Shown: positions 43,770 through 52,601 of the stretch, piece after piece
Position numbering within the stretch: position 1 is the stretch's first letter
Layout of the letters: every line of letters starts with the position of its first letter
Assembly (NCBI GenBank): GCA_041749755.1
Contig: JBGTAT010000289.1
Location: 1-63,967 of the forward strand
Source of the DNA: Terrimicrobiaceae bacterium
GTDB lineage: Bacteria > Verrucomicrobiota > Verrucomicrobiia > Chthoniobacterales > Terrimicrobiaceae
Reading direction: 5' to 3'
Length of the DNA stretch: 63,967 bases
The notes under the pieces: model-generated
Database searches by the model: none
What the model saw: the letters and a program-made list of their open reading frames with translations, nothing else
Told to the model about the DNA's origin: nothing
Made by a program: the position numbers and the translations under genes

Positions 43770-44839
43770 ACATCGGCAGCCAAAAAGTCGGTCTAGGGCA
43801 CTCCCCGTTCATCATCGCGGAGATGTCCGGCAACCACAACCAATCGCTTGAGCGGGCGTTGGAGATCGTCGAGGCCGCAGCGGAGGCGGGCGCGCACGCG
43901 ATCAAGGTCCAGACGTACACGGCCGACACGATGACGATCGACCTCGACGAGCGTGAGTTCCGCATCTCCGATCCCGGCAGCCTCTGGGCGGGAGAGTCGC
44001 TCTACAACCTTTACAAGAAGGCCTACACGCCGTGGGAGTGGCACAAGCCGATTTTTGAACGGGCGCGCGCGCTGGGGATCATCCCGTTCAGCTCCCCGTT
44101 CGACGAGACCGCCGTGGCATTCCTGGAGGAGCTCGAGGCTCCGTGCTACAAGATCGCCTCCTTTGAAAATACCGACCTGCCGCTGATCCGGTGTGCGGCG
44201 GCCACCGGGAAGCCCCTCATCATCTCGACGGGGATGGCAAGCATGGCCGAACTGGAGGAGACCGTTGGCGCTGCGCGCGATGCCGGCTGCAAGGATTTGG
44301 TCCTGCTCAAGTGTACCAGCACTTATCCTGCGGAGCCGACGACCACAAATTTGAGGACGATCCCGGATTTGAGGGACATTTTTGGCTGCGAGGTCGGGGT
44401 CTCCGACCACACGATGGGGATCGGGGTTTCTGTCGCGGCCGTTGCACTCGGGGCGACGGTGGTTGAAAAACATTTTACGCTGAGCCGGGCTGACGGGGGC
44501 GTGGACAGCACCTTTTCGATGGAGCCCGCCGAGCTCCGGCAACTTGTCTCAGAGACCAAACGTGCCTGGCAAGCGCTTGGGGGCGTCAGCTACGGGCCAA
44601 CCGAAGGAGAAAAGAAGTCTCTTCAATTCCGGCGTTCGCTGTACGTGGTGGAAGACCTGGAGCCTGGCGACATCTTCACAAAAGAAAACTTGCGGGCGAT
44701 TCGCCCCGGCCTCGGCCTACCACCAAAGTATTTCGATTCGTTTCTTGGAGGCCGCGTGGAAAGGGGAGTAAAGAGAGGTACTCCGTTGAGCTGGGATCAT
44801 ATTGCTCCTGATCAAATCAGGTCACCGAAACCACTATAG
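43754..44839 (+). CDS. pseI: pseudaminic acid synthase
   Basis: FIIAEMSGNHNQSLERALEIVEAAAEAGAHAIKVQTY, plus a C-terminal SAF domain. Start at ATG 43754 (GTG 43742 alternative). Confidence 0.88.
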   Translation: MCEGINIGSQKVGLGHSPFIIAEMSGNHNQSLERALEIVEAAAEAGAHAIKVQTYTADTMTIDLDEREFRISDPGSLWAGESLYNLYKKAYTPWEWHKPIFERARALGIIPFSSPFDETAVAFLEELEAPCYKIASFENTDLPLIRCAAATGKPLIISTGMASMAELEETVGAARDAGCKDLVLLKCTSTYPAEPTTTNLRTIPDLRDIFGCEVGVSDHTMGIGVSVAAVALGATVVEKHFTLSRADGGVDSTFSMEPAELRQLVSETKRAWQALGGVSYGPTEGEKKSLQFRRSLYVVEDLEPGDIFTKENLRAIRPGLGLPPKYFDSFLGGRVERGVKRGTPLSWDHIAPDQIRSPKPL

Positions 44840-45351
44840 TGTTAACAATTTTTACTGAGCGGTTTTTTCTGAGAGAGCTTGTTCCAGAAGATGCGAATGA
44901 AACGTACCTGGGTTGGCTGAATGACAGCGCGATCCAACGGTTTATCACGTCAGCCAATAAAACTCACACACAGGCAGAGCTATCCGCCTACGTGTGCTCG
45001 CGCTTAAACAGAGATGATGTTTTGTTCTTGGGAATTTTTGAAAAGCAATCCGGAAAACATATCGGCAACATCAAATTTGAACCGATTGATACAATCGAGA
45101 GCTATGCGGTTCTGGGAATGCTTATCGGCGATGCAAATTGGCGCGGAAAGGGAGTGGCCAGCGAGGTTATTGATGCGAGCCTCAATACAATTTGTCTGCA
45201 GAGAGGAATTAAAGAAATTATTCTGGGCGTGGAGCTGGACAATAAGCCTGCCATCCGCGCCTATGAGAAAGCAGGATTTCAGATTGAGCCGACAGAGAAA
45301 GTTTCAGTAGATCCGGTGAATGCCATAACCATGATCAAAAAATTCCGGTAA
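44839..45351 (+). CDS. GNAT family N-acetyltransferase
   Basis: FLRELVPEDANETYLGWLND...WRGKGVASEVI...AIRAYEKAGF. The GTG start shares 1 nt with the pseI stop. Confidence 0.8.
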   Translation: MLTIFTERFFLRELVPEDANETYLGWLNDSAIQRFITSANKTHTQAELSAYVCSRLNRDDVLFLGIFEKQSGKHIGNIKFEPIDTIESYAVLGMLIGDANWRGKGVASEVIDASLNTICLQRGIKEIILGVELDNKPAIRAYEKAGFQIEPTEKVSVDPVNAITMIKKFR

Positions 45352-45352
45352 C

Positions 45353-46996
45353 GTGAAGCTGGCCCCGCATTTTTTATTGCCCCACTCAGTCCTGCGTTCC
45401 CGCCTGCGACGAATCATGCGCGGGTACCGCTATCTCAGAAGCACGGGAAGTCTGGGAAAGATAGTGGAAGTTAAGAGTTCTTTGACAACTCAGCCGCTCA
45501 AAGCCCAAGGGAATCCGTCGACATTTGGGCATGAGGCTATTGATTGCTCCAAAGAGAAAATCGTGCGCCAGTATCTCTTGCTCCGCATTGGAGGAGTCAA
45601 CCTGAACCGCGCCTTGTTGTTTTCGCTGGGAAAAAAGGGTGGGACAGTTGCATTTCCGCTGCCGAGAGAGTGGAGGGAGGTCATTGCAAGCCACGGCTTC
45701 AGGGTCGACAACAAGAAGTGCGCCATTCTTTGGTGGGGCTACATCTGTGCACTCTTCCTGTATGGCGTCGCCCAATACATCAAAATTGCTTCGAGCGGAC
45801 TATTTTCGATTTTCAAAGGTTGCCCGGAACCTCGAAGGCACGCCTACTTTGAAAATCTCGGCCTTGAGAACCTTCCGAAGGCTAGCCGAGAGACGGATAG
45901 GGAAAATCTATTTTCATGGTATCTTCATCTGCGGGGGGAACCCGCCGAATTGGATGAAATCCGCCACGGGGTATCGAAGGCAGAACAGGTGTTGGTAGAT
46001 GGGGTTTCGGTGCTGCCCCAACAGGGCCCGTTCCCTTCGAAATGGAGCTTCCATCAGCTTGCCGCATACTGCACTCGTGGCTTCGTTGCGATCTCCGCAG
46101 CAGCCTTCGAGATATTACGAGGCGAGTGGTGGGAAGCTTTGCTCCTCAATCAATCGGCGCTTTTGACGCTGGTGGATGTTTTGCCGAAACACTACCTGGC
46201 TAAGGAATATCTTTTTCACAATTCCACGTGGATGTATCGTCCGCTCTGGACATATGAAGCGGCGCGGCAGGGGGCAAAAATCATCTTTTATTTTTACTCA
46301 ACCAACAGTCAGGGATTTAAGACATCCGCCGGTTACCCCATTTTGAATTATGGGTGGGAAAGCATGACTTGGCCGAACTACCTTGTTTGGGATGAGTATC
46401 AGGCAGACTTTGTCAGGCGTGCGGTTGGTGCATCGGCAAACATTCAAATTGTTGGCCCAATCCCCTTTCAATGCAGTCCCCATCAAATGCCCGAAGTCCA
46501 TGCGGGAGCCGTTGCCATTTTTGACGTTACCCCTCACCGTGATTCTCATTATCAAACTCTCGGGCAGGAAATGGAGTTTTACACGCCGGATGTTTCTCTG
46601 CCCTTCTTGCAGGATATCTGCGACGCTGCAGAAAAGCGCAGGGTAACAATTCTCTGGAAACGCAAACGGAACGTGGGACGGATGGCGCATCCGCGGTATC
46701 GCCACCTGGGGGATCGGCTCGCAGCTAAAAATCATGTCACGATTTTAGATCCGCAAACGTCGGCGGCACAGGTCATAGAGAGGTGTGCGGCCGTCATCTC
46801 GATGCCCTATACCTCAACGGCACTGATTGCCAGGGAACTTGGAAAGCCCACTGCTTACTACGACCCTCTTTCCAGCTTGCAGCGAGATGATCGTGCGGCC
46901 CACGGAATCAAGATTATTCAAGGTCGCCAGGAGTTGGCGAAATGGATGGAAGAGCATTTAAGCTCAGCGAATACCTCAGACCTCATCCATGCTTAA
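45353..46996 (+). CDS. uncharacterised polysaccharide-biosynthesis protein; C-terminal half GT-B-like, motif MPYTSTAL reminiscent of the 'PFTS motif' family
   Basis: 547 aa. No catalytic motif securely recognised. The family assignment is from memory of a named family and was not verified. Start uncertain (GTG 45353 or ATG 45416). Confidence 0.4.
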   Translation: MKLAPHFLLPHSVLRSRLRRIMRGYRYLRSTGSLGKIVEVKSSLTTQPLKAQGNPSTFGHEAIDCSKEKIVRQYLLLRIGGVNLNRALLFSLGKKGGTVAFPLPREWREVIASHGFRVDNKKCAILWWGYICALFLYGVAQYIKIASSGLFSIFKGCPEPRRHAYFENLGLENLPKASRETDRENLFSWYLHLRGEPAELDEIRHGVSKAEQVLVDGVSVLPQQGPFPSKWSFHQLAAYCTRGFVAISAAAFEILRGEWWEALLLNQSALLTLVDVLPKHYLAKEYLFHNSTWMYRPLWTYEAARQGAKIIFYFYSTNSQGFKTSAGYPILNYGWESMTWPNYLVWDEYQADFVRRAVGASANIQIVGPIPFQCSPHQMPEVHAGAVAIFDVTPHRDSHYQTLGQEMEFYTPDVSLPFLQDICDAAEKRRVTILWKRKRNVGRMAHPRYRHLGDRLAAKNHVTILDPQTSAAQVIERCAAVISMPYTSTALIARELGKPTAYYDPLSSLQRDDRAAHGIKIIQGRQELAKWMEEHLSSANTSDLIHA

Positions 46997-47612
46997 CCTT
47001 GTTAGAGAAGAGTGCTTATCCTGGATGGAGGGGGTGATCAGAAATCTTCCCGGACGTGCAGGCCGGTTGGTTCGCAGGGTTTGGTATCAACGTCGGTTTG
47101 CGAGCTGCGGCGAACTTTTTATTGGCGAAGGATGTCGCTTCATCGATCCGGCTTCCATGCGGTTTGAAGGACGCACTCTGATCAACGAGGGGTGCTATTT
47201 TAACGCGCAGGGCGGAATGATTTCGATGGGGGACTTTACCGCAATCAACAATGGGGCCCATATCAATGCTTCCTGTGGAGGTCATATCCGTATTGGATCG
47301 CATTGCCCGATCGGGCCCGGAGTGGTGATGAGAACAGCGAACCACCGCTTCAGTGATGCAGCTGAGTATATTCAGAACCAGGGGCATGACGCTGCAGACA
47401 TCATAATTGAAGATGATTGCTGGCTGGGAGCCAATGTCATTGTTCTTGCCGGGGTTAAGATTGGCCGAGGAGCCGTTGTGGGAGCTGGGGCAGTTGTTTC
47501 GAAGGATGTTCCTGAAATGGCCGTCGTCGTTGGTGTCCCGGCACGTGTTATCAAGTATCGATCAGGAACTTCCGCCCAGGTTGTTCAGAGTCATCCAGAG
47601 TCCTCACGATGA
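46989..47612 (+). CDS. hexapeptide-repeat (LbH) acyltransferase
   Basis: DCWLGANVIVLAGVKIGRGAVVGAGAVVSKDVPEMAVVVGVPARVI. Confidence 0.85.
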   Translation: MLNLVREECLSWMEGVIRNLPGRAGRLVRRVWYQRRFASCGELFIGEGCRFIDPASMRFEGRTLINEGCYFNAQGGMISMGDFTAINNGAHINASCGGHIRIGSHCPIGPGVVMRTANHRFSDAAEYIQNQGHDAADIIIEDDCWLGANVIVLAGVKIGRGAVVGAGAVVSKDVPEMAVVVGVPARVIKYRSGTSAQVVQSHPESSR

Positions 47613-48256
47613 AAAGCTTGGCATCGACGGTTAAAAAAATCTGCTTTCATGCCATGCAGGGGGATCTGAGATATCTCATCTATGAAAAAGCTTCGCTTTT
47701 CATCGGATGGTTGTCCATTTGTCTCAACTGTTGGCTTTACAGGGGCCGGCTCTCAATCTCCTGCCCTTACAAGGTATGGGGCGGCATTCGTTTCCTCATT
47801 TTCGGCCGCGGGTCGATTTCGATAGGAAAGAATTTTCATGCGGTTTCCGACAGGAAAAGATCGTTTTTAACGCTATTTTCTCCGTGCCATCTGACGGTCA
47901 TAGGCGATGGACACATCCTTCTTGGCGAGCATGTAGGCCTCAACGGGACGACGATCGCTGCGCGCGGAACAATAAGTATTGGAGATAATACAATGATCGG
48001 TCCAAATACGATCATTGTGGATCATGACGGCCACCCTTCCTGGCCGCCTGAGGCGCGCTGGTCAACCGGCGGCGCAATAGCTGATATTAAAATCGAGGAA
48101 GATGTTTGGATTGGGATGAACTGCCTCGTCCTTAAAGGAGTTAAAATCGGGAAGGGCTCTGTTATTGCTGCCGGAAGTGTTGTAGTCTCGGATGTTGAGC
48201 CCGCCTGTCTTTATGCAGGCAATCCTGCAAAAAAAATCCGATCGCTTGAAGGGTGA
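47609..48256 (+). CDS. hexapeptide-repeat (LbH) acyltransferase, second copy
   Basis: DVWIGMNCLVLKGVKIGKGSVIAAGSVVVSDVEPACLYAGNPAKKI. N-terminal hydrophobic segment. ATGA overlap with the upstream gene. Confidence 0.85.
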   Translation: MKSLASTVKKICFHAMQGDLRYLIYEKASLFIGWLSICLNCWLYRGRLSISCPYKVWGGIRFLIFGRGSISIGKNFHAVSDRKRSFLTLFSPCHLTVIGDGHILLGEHVGLNGTTIAARGTISIGDNTMIGPNTIIVDHDGHPSWPPEARWSTGGAIADIKIEEDVWIGMNCLVLKGVKIGKGSVIAAGSVVVSDVEPACLYAGNPAKKIRSLEG

Positions 48257-48275
48257 TGGTTTTTCACTTCCCGAC

Positions 48276-49217
48276 ATGGATGCGCCAACCTCCAGTTTAA
48301 AAATGTGCCCCGCGTGCCAGTCGACAAAGGTCAGCTATGCCTCGGACTACCGGTGGGCGCACGATATGTTTTCGGGTCTTGTTCGGCTAGCCTGTGGTTC
48401 ATGCGGGCTTCATTTTGCCGATCCGATGCCCTCATCGCAGGCGTTAGAGGCGTTTAATGCCTCCTACTTTGATAACGCCCACGGTGGGGTAGCGGGCCAC
48501 GCCGAACAGGACGCCTTCTTTTCCGGTCTGGCGGCGCTGCGAGTCGCCCATGTGGAAAGCTATCTTTCCGAGCGCAAGGTTAAGGTGGCGAACATCCTGG
48601 AAATTGGCCCTGGTGCCGGTCATTTCGCTGCCCAGTGGCTCAAGCGGTTTCCAGCCTCAAACTACCGAGCTATCGAAACCGATACAACGTGCCACGCAAA
48701 TTTAAACCGCATGGGTGTACAGCTCCTGGGGGATGGAGAGCAGGCGCTTGATTGTGACTTGGTTATTATATCTCATGTGCTGGAGCACGTGAGTGCCCCC
48801 CAAGACTTCCTCCGCAGCATCCTGCGGAGCCTTCGTCCGGGCGGAGTGATCTTTATTGAAGTTCCCTGCAACGACTGGCAGCACAAGGATCTCGATGAGC
48901 CCCACCTGCTGTTTTTCGATAAAAAGCCGATGGGCCTTCTTCTCGAAAGACTCGGGCTTGTGAACATCCGGCTGTCCTACCACGGCCGGCTGATTTCTGA
49001 TCTGCGGTCGGAAACAACTTTACGGAAGCTCGCCAGAAAAGTTCAGTCCCGTCTCCTGCGGTGGGGGCTGACATTTCCTTTTGCGCACAGCAAGACGGGC
49101 ATGGATGCTTTATCCTCGCCCATGGAACGCGCCATGATCGCCCCGTTCGAGGCGCATGTTGAACAGTCCTCCCCCGCCTGGTGGCTCAGGGCGCTCGCAA
49201 CGAAAAAGAAATTATGA
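48276..49217 (+). CDS. class I SAM-dependent methyltransferase with N-terminal 4-Cys zinc ribbon
   Basis: CPACQ...CGSCG followed by ILEIGPGAGHFAAQW (motif I). Start set at ATG 48276. Confidence 0.8.
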   Translation: MDAPTSSLKMCPACQSTKVSYASDYRWAHDMFSGLVRLACGSCGLHFADPMPSSQALEAFNASYFDNAHGGVAGHAEQDAFFSGLAALRVAHVESYLSERKVKVANILEIGPGAGHFAAQWLKRFPASNYRAIETDTTCHANLNRMGVQLLGDGEQALDCDLVIISHVLEHVSAPQDFLRSILRSLRPGGVIFIEVPCNDWQHKDLDEPHLLFFDKKPMGLLLERLGLVNIRLSYHGRLISDLRSETTLRKLARKVQSRLLRWGLTFPFAHSKTGMDALSSPMERAMIAPFEAHVEQSSPAWWLRALATKKKL

Positions 49218-50005
49218 AAAACATAGATCCTTCCTATCTCGACACTCTTTTTGATCTGCATGGAAAGGTGGTTGTGCTCACCGGGGCGGGCGGTTACCTG
49301 GTTGGTGAGATGGCCCGGGCAGCGGCCTTTGCTGGCATGAAGGTCGTCTGCTGCGACATCCGGATGGATGATGCCAACCGCACGGTTGAAGCCATTTTGT
49401 CCGCAGGGGGCGAGGCTGTTGCCATGGAGTTGGATGTGCGCAAACCAGAGGATTTCCATCGTGCGCTCGCCGAGACGTTAAAAGTGTATGGGCGTCTCGA
49501 TTGTGTGCTTAATGGGGCTGGAAAAAATGCGCCCACACCATTTTTTGAGATTCCGATTGAGGAATGGAATGAGATTCTTGCGATCCAGCTCACCGGGACG
49601 ATGCTGAGCTGCCAGATTTTTGGCCGGCACCTTGTCGAGCAGGGCCATGGTTCGATCGTCAATATCAGCTCCGCTTCGTCCGGGCCTCCGCTCTCCAAGG
49701 CCTTCACCTACTCGGTGGCGAAATCTGGAGTCAAAAACCTCACTCAGAACCTGGCTCGCGAATGGGGGACATGCGGAGTGCGGGTGAATGCTCTGCGCCC
49801 GGGATTTTTCCCAACCGAGTGGTCCCAGCGCAACTTTATTACCCCGGAGCGAGAGGCGGCCATCCTCGGGCATACGGCGATGAAGAGGTACGGGAATCCG
49901 AAGGAGCTCGTTGGGGCGGTGCTCTGGATGTTCTCGAGCGCTGCTTCATTTGTGACGGGAGCGGAGATTGAGGTGGATGGGGGATTTACCGCCATGACGA
50001 TCTGA
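49214..50005 (+). CDS. SDR family oxidoreductase (sugar-acid reductase-like)
   Basis: VVVLTGAGGYLVGEMA, NISSASS and YSVAKSG (YxxxK). ATGA overlap with the upstream gene. Confidence 0.85.
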   Translation: MKNIDPSYLDTLFDLHGKVVVLTGAGGYLVGEMARAAAFAGMKVVCCDIRMDDANRTVEAILSAGGEAVAMELDVRKPEDFHRALAETLKVYGRLDCVLNGAGKNAPTPFFEIPIEEWNEILAIQLTGTMLSCQIFGRHLVEQGHGSIVNISSASSGPPLSKAFTYSVAKSGVKNLTQNLAREWGTCGVRVNALRPGFFPTEWSQRNFITPEREAAILGHTAMKRYGNPKELVGAVLWMFSSAASFVTGAEIEVDGGFTAMTI

Positions 50006-50045
50006 CCCTTCCCAACAAGGCATTTCTTCACACGGCACACGAAAA

Positions 50046-50801
50046 ATGAATTCCAAACCCTGCATCATTATCACCGGAGGCACCCGTGGGATCGGAGCTC
50101 AAATTTCCCGGACGTTCCACGAACAAGGATTCCGGGTCGCCATCGTCGGCAGGAAGGATTCCGGCCTCGCTTCGGATCTGGGTCCGGATGCGAGATTTTG
50201 GGCGACAGACGTCTGCGATGTGGAGCAGGTCGCGCGCATGTGCTCCGAGGTGAACGAGTGGGCAGGCCGGATCGACGGCTTGGTCAACAACGCCGGCATG
50301 TCGGCATGGCGTCCTCTGGAAGCGATCGATGAGGGCTTTTGGCAGGACATGCTGGACACCAACCTCAAGAGCGTTCTCTTCTGCACGCAAAAGGTTGTGC
50401 CCCACCTTTCCGCCGGCGGTTGTGTGATTAATATTTCGAGCCTGGCTGGAAAGCGGGGCAGCGCGAACAATGCGGCCTATTGCGCGGCAAAGTTTGGTGT
50501 CAACGGGATCACGCAAGCGCTGGCCAAAGAGCTCGGTCCCCGGGGCATACGGGTCAATGCAGTCTGCCCGGTTTACATTGAAACAGAGGGGCTGCGCGAG
50601 GCGCTGGCGCAGCCAGAGGCCCCGCCGGCCGGCAAAAATGTCGACGAATACCTGAGGGAATTTGCGGCATCAAATTCCGCCCTGAGAAGGCTTCCGCTGG
50701 CCGAAGAAGTGGCAAAAACCTGCGTTTTTCTTGCATCGGCAGCTGCCTCGGCTATCACCGGTCAGTGCATCAACGTCGATTGTGGAGTTCTCCCCCAGTA
50801 G
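50046..50801 (+). CDS. SDR family oxidoreductase (FabG-like)
   Basis: IIITGGTRGIGAQ, NISSLAG and YCAAKFG. Confidence 0.85.
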   Translation: MNSKPCIIITGGTRGIGAQISRTFHEQGFRVAIVGRKDSGLASDLGPDARFWATDVCDVEQVARMCSEVNEWAGRIDGLVNNAGMSAWRPLEAIDEGFWQDMLDTNLKSVLFCTQKVVPHLSAGGCVINISSLAGKRGSANNAAYCAAKFGVNGITQALAKELGPRGIRVNAVCPVYIETEGLREALAQPEAPPAGKNVDEYLREFAASNSALRRLPLAEEVAKTCVFLASAAASAITGQCINVDCGVLPQ

Positions 50802-50805
50802 GGCC

Positions 50806-51567
50806 ATGGTAAAAATCTCCGTGATCATTCCGGCCCGCATGGCCGCCTCGCGATTCCCCGGGAAACCACTGGTCCAGATTGCCGGCCTGCCGATGATCGA
50901 ACATGTGCGGCGGCGGTCTCTCCTTGCCCCGGGTGTTCACCGGGTTGTCGTCGCGACATGTGACAGGGAGATCATGGATGCTGTCGAGTCTTACGGGGGA
51001 ATCGCCGTCATGACCTCCGACCGCCACGAACGGTGCACCGAGAGGGTGGCTGAAGCAGCAAGGGCTTTTGAATCGGATGTGGTGGTAAACGTTCAGGGCG
51101 ACGAGCCCCTGATGTTTCCGGAGTCCATCACGCAGGCTTCCTCTCCTCTGGTGGAAGCTAGCGGGGTGCATTGCGTGAGCCTGCTTTCGCCGCTCGAGGG
51201 CGATGCGGACCTGCAAAACCCGAATATCGTCAAAGCCGTCTGCCGTCCTCAGGGCGAAGTCCTCTACTTCTCGCGGGCATCTGTCCCGTATTTTCAGAAG
51301 CCCGGAAAAGCACCGGTGTTCCGGGAGACCGGCATCCGGGCGCTGCGGTCAGATTTTCTCCAGCAGTACGCGAGCTTGAGCGAGACCGAGCTCGAGCGGA
51401 TTGAGTCGATCGATATGATGCGGGTGCTCGAGCACGGGTTTAAAATCCTCGGCGTTCCGACCGACTACGCGACAATGGGGGTCGACCATGTCGAAGATGT
51501 GGGCACCGTTGAAAAAATCCTTGCCGGGGACCCGGTGCAGCGGGGTATTTTCGAGTCAATTTTATGA
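50806..51567 (+). CDS. KdsB-like cytidylyltransferase (CMP-ulosonate synthetase family)
   Basis: VIIPARMAASRFPGKPLVQIAGLPMIEHV and NVQGDEPL closely follow the KdsB pattern. Start set at ATG 50806. Confidence 0.8.
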   Translation: MVKISVIIPARMAASRFPGKPLVQIAGLPMIEHVRRRSLLAPGVHRVVVATCDREIMDAVESYGGIAVMTSDRHERCTERVAEAARAFESDVVVNVQGDEPLMFPESITQASSPLVEASGVHCVSLLSPLEGDADLQNPNIVKAVCRPQGEVLYFSRASVPYFQKPGKAPVFRETGIRALRSDFLQQYASLSETELERIESIDMMRVLEHGFKILGVPTDYATMGVDHVEDVGTVEKILAGDPVQRGIFESIL

Positions 51568-52601
51568 TTCGCTCCCTGGTTATCGGCTACGGATACATGG
51601 GGGAAATCCGCGCGCGCGTCGCAGACGAACTCGACGGATTCGAGCTGTCCGGGATCTGTGATCCTGTTGCAACGGCCGAACAAACCGGCCGGCCCTGCCC
51701 TCACTTCACCGACTTCCGCGAGGCCCTAAATGAGGTGCGCCCGGACGTCGCATTTGTCTGCACTCCCAACAACCTCTCTCCTGAGGTTTCCGTGCTCGCG
51801 CTGGATCTCGGATGCCATGTCTTCTGCGAGAAGCCGCCGGGACGGACGGTCGAGGATATCGAACGGATCATCGCGGCCGAGCGCGCTCATCCCGGGCTCA
51901 AGGTGATGTTCGGCTTCAACCACCGCCACCATCCCGCGATCCTTGAAGCGAAGTCGATCGTCCGGGGCGGCCGGCTTGGGAAAATCCTTTGGGTGCGCGG
52001 GGTCTATGGGAAATCCGGCGGTACCGGGCGCGGGTTTGAGCAATCCTGGCGCAACGACCCCTCCGTTTCCGGAGGGGGCATCCTGCTCGACCAAGGGATC
52101 CACATGCTCGACCTTTTCCGGCTTTTTTGCGGAGATTTTGAGTCTGTTCAGGGACTCATGGGAACCACGCACTGGAACGTGCCTGTGGAGGACAACGCCA
52201 TGGTTTTGCTTCGCAGCGAGGAGGGGGTGATGGCGCAGCTGCACTCCTCCGCGACACTTTGGAAGCACACCTTTGAGCTCGAGATCGGTTTGGAGGAGGG
52301 ATACATGGTCGCGCACGGGCTCCTTTCGAAAACCGGAAGTTACGGACGGGAGACGCTCGTGGTCGGACGCCGGGTGAACGAGAGCGATTCCGATCGGGTC
52401 GCCGGCCGGCCGGGCGAAGAAATTTCGTACTTCAACGACGACCTTTCCTGGAGATCTCAGGTCGAGGAGCTTGGGCGCTGCATCCTTGAGAACCAGCCAG
52501 TGCAGGACAGCTCGACAAACGATGCGCTCCAGGTCATGAAGCTGATCGATCAGGTTTACCGCCAATCTGGACGCCAGCTCGGCTCCACCACCACGTCATG
52601 A
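51564..52601 (+). CDS. Gfo/Idh/MocA family oxidoreductase
   Basis: N-terminal Rossmann and the VFCEKPPG (EKP) motif. ATGA overlap. Confidence 0.85.
   Translation: MIRSLVIGYGYMGEIRARVADELDGFELSGICDPVATAEQTGRPCPHFTDFREALNEVRPDVAFVCTPNNLSPEVSVLALDLGCHVFCEKPPGRTVEDIERIIAAERAHPGLKVMFGFNHRHHPAILEAKSIVRGGRLGKILWVRGVYGKSGGTGRGFEQSWRNDPSVSGGGILLDQGIHMLDLFRLFCGDFESVQGLMGTTHWNVPVEDNAMVLLRSEEGVMAQLHSSATLWKHTFELEIGLEEGYMVAHGLLSKTGSYGRETLVVGRRVNESDSDRVAGRPGEEISYFNDDLSWRSQVEELGRCILENQPVQDSSTNDALQVMKLIDQVYRQSGRQLGSTTTS

Noticed and set aside
46223-46232. Third CACGTG-centred palindrome (TCCACGTGGA) similar to the folE2-region sites.
   Set aside because: It is only 10 bp and lies inside a coding sequence far from any promoter. 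Chance occurrence is plausible.
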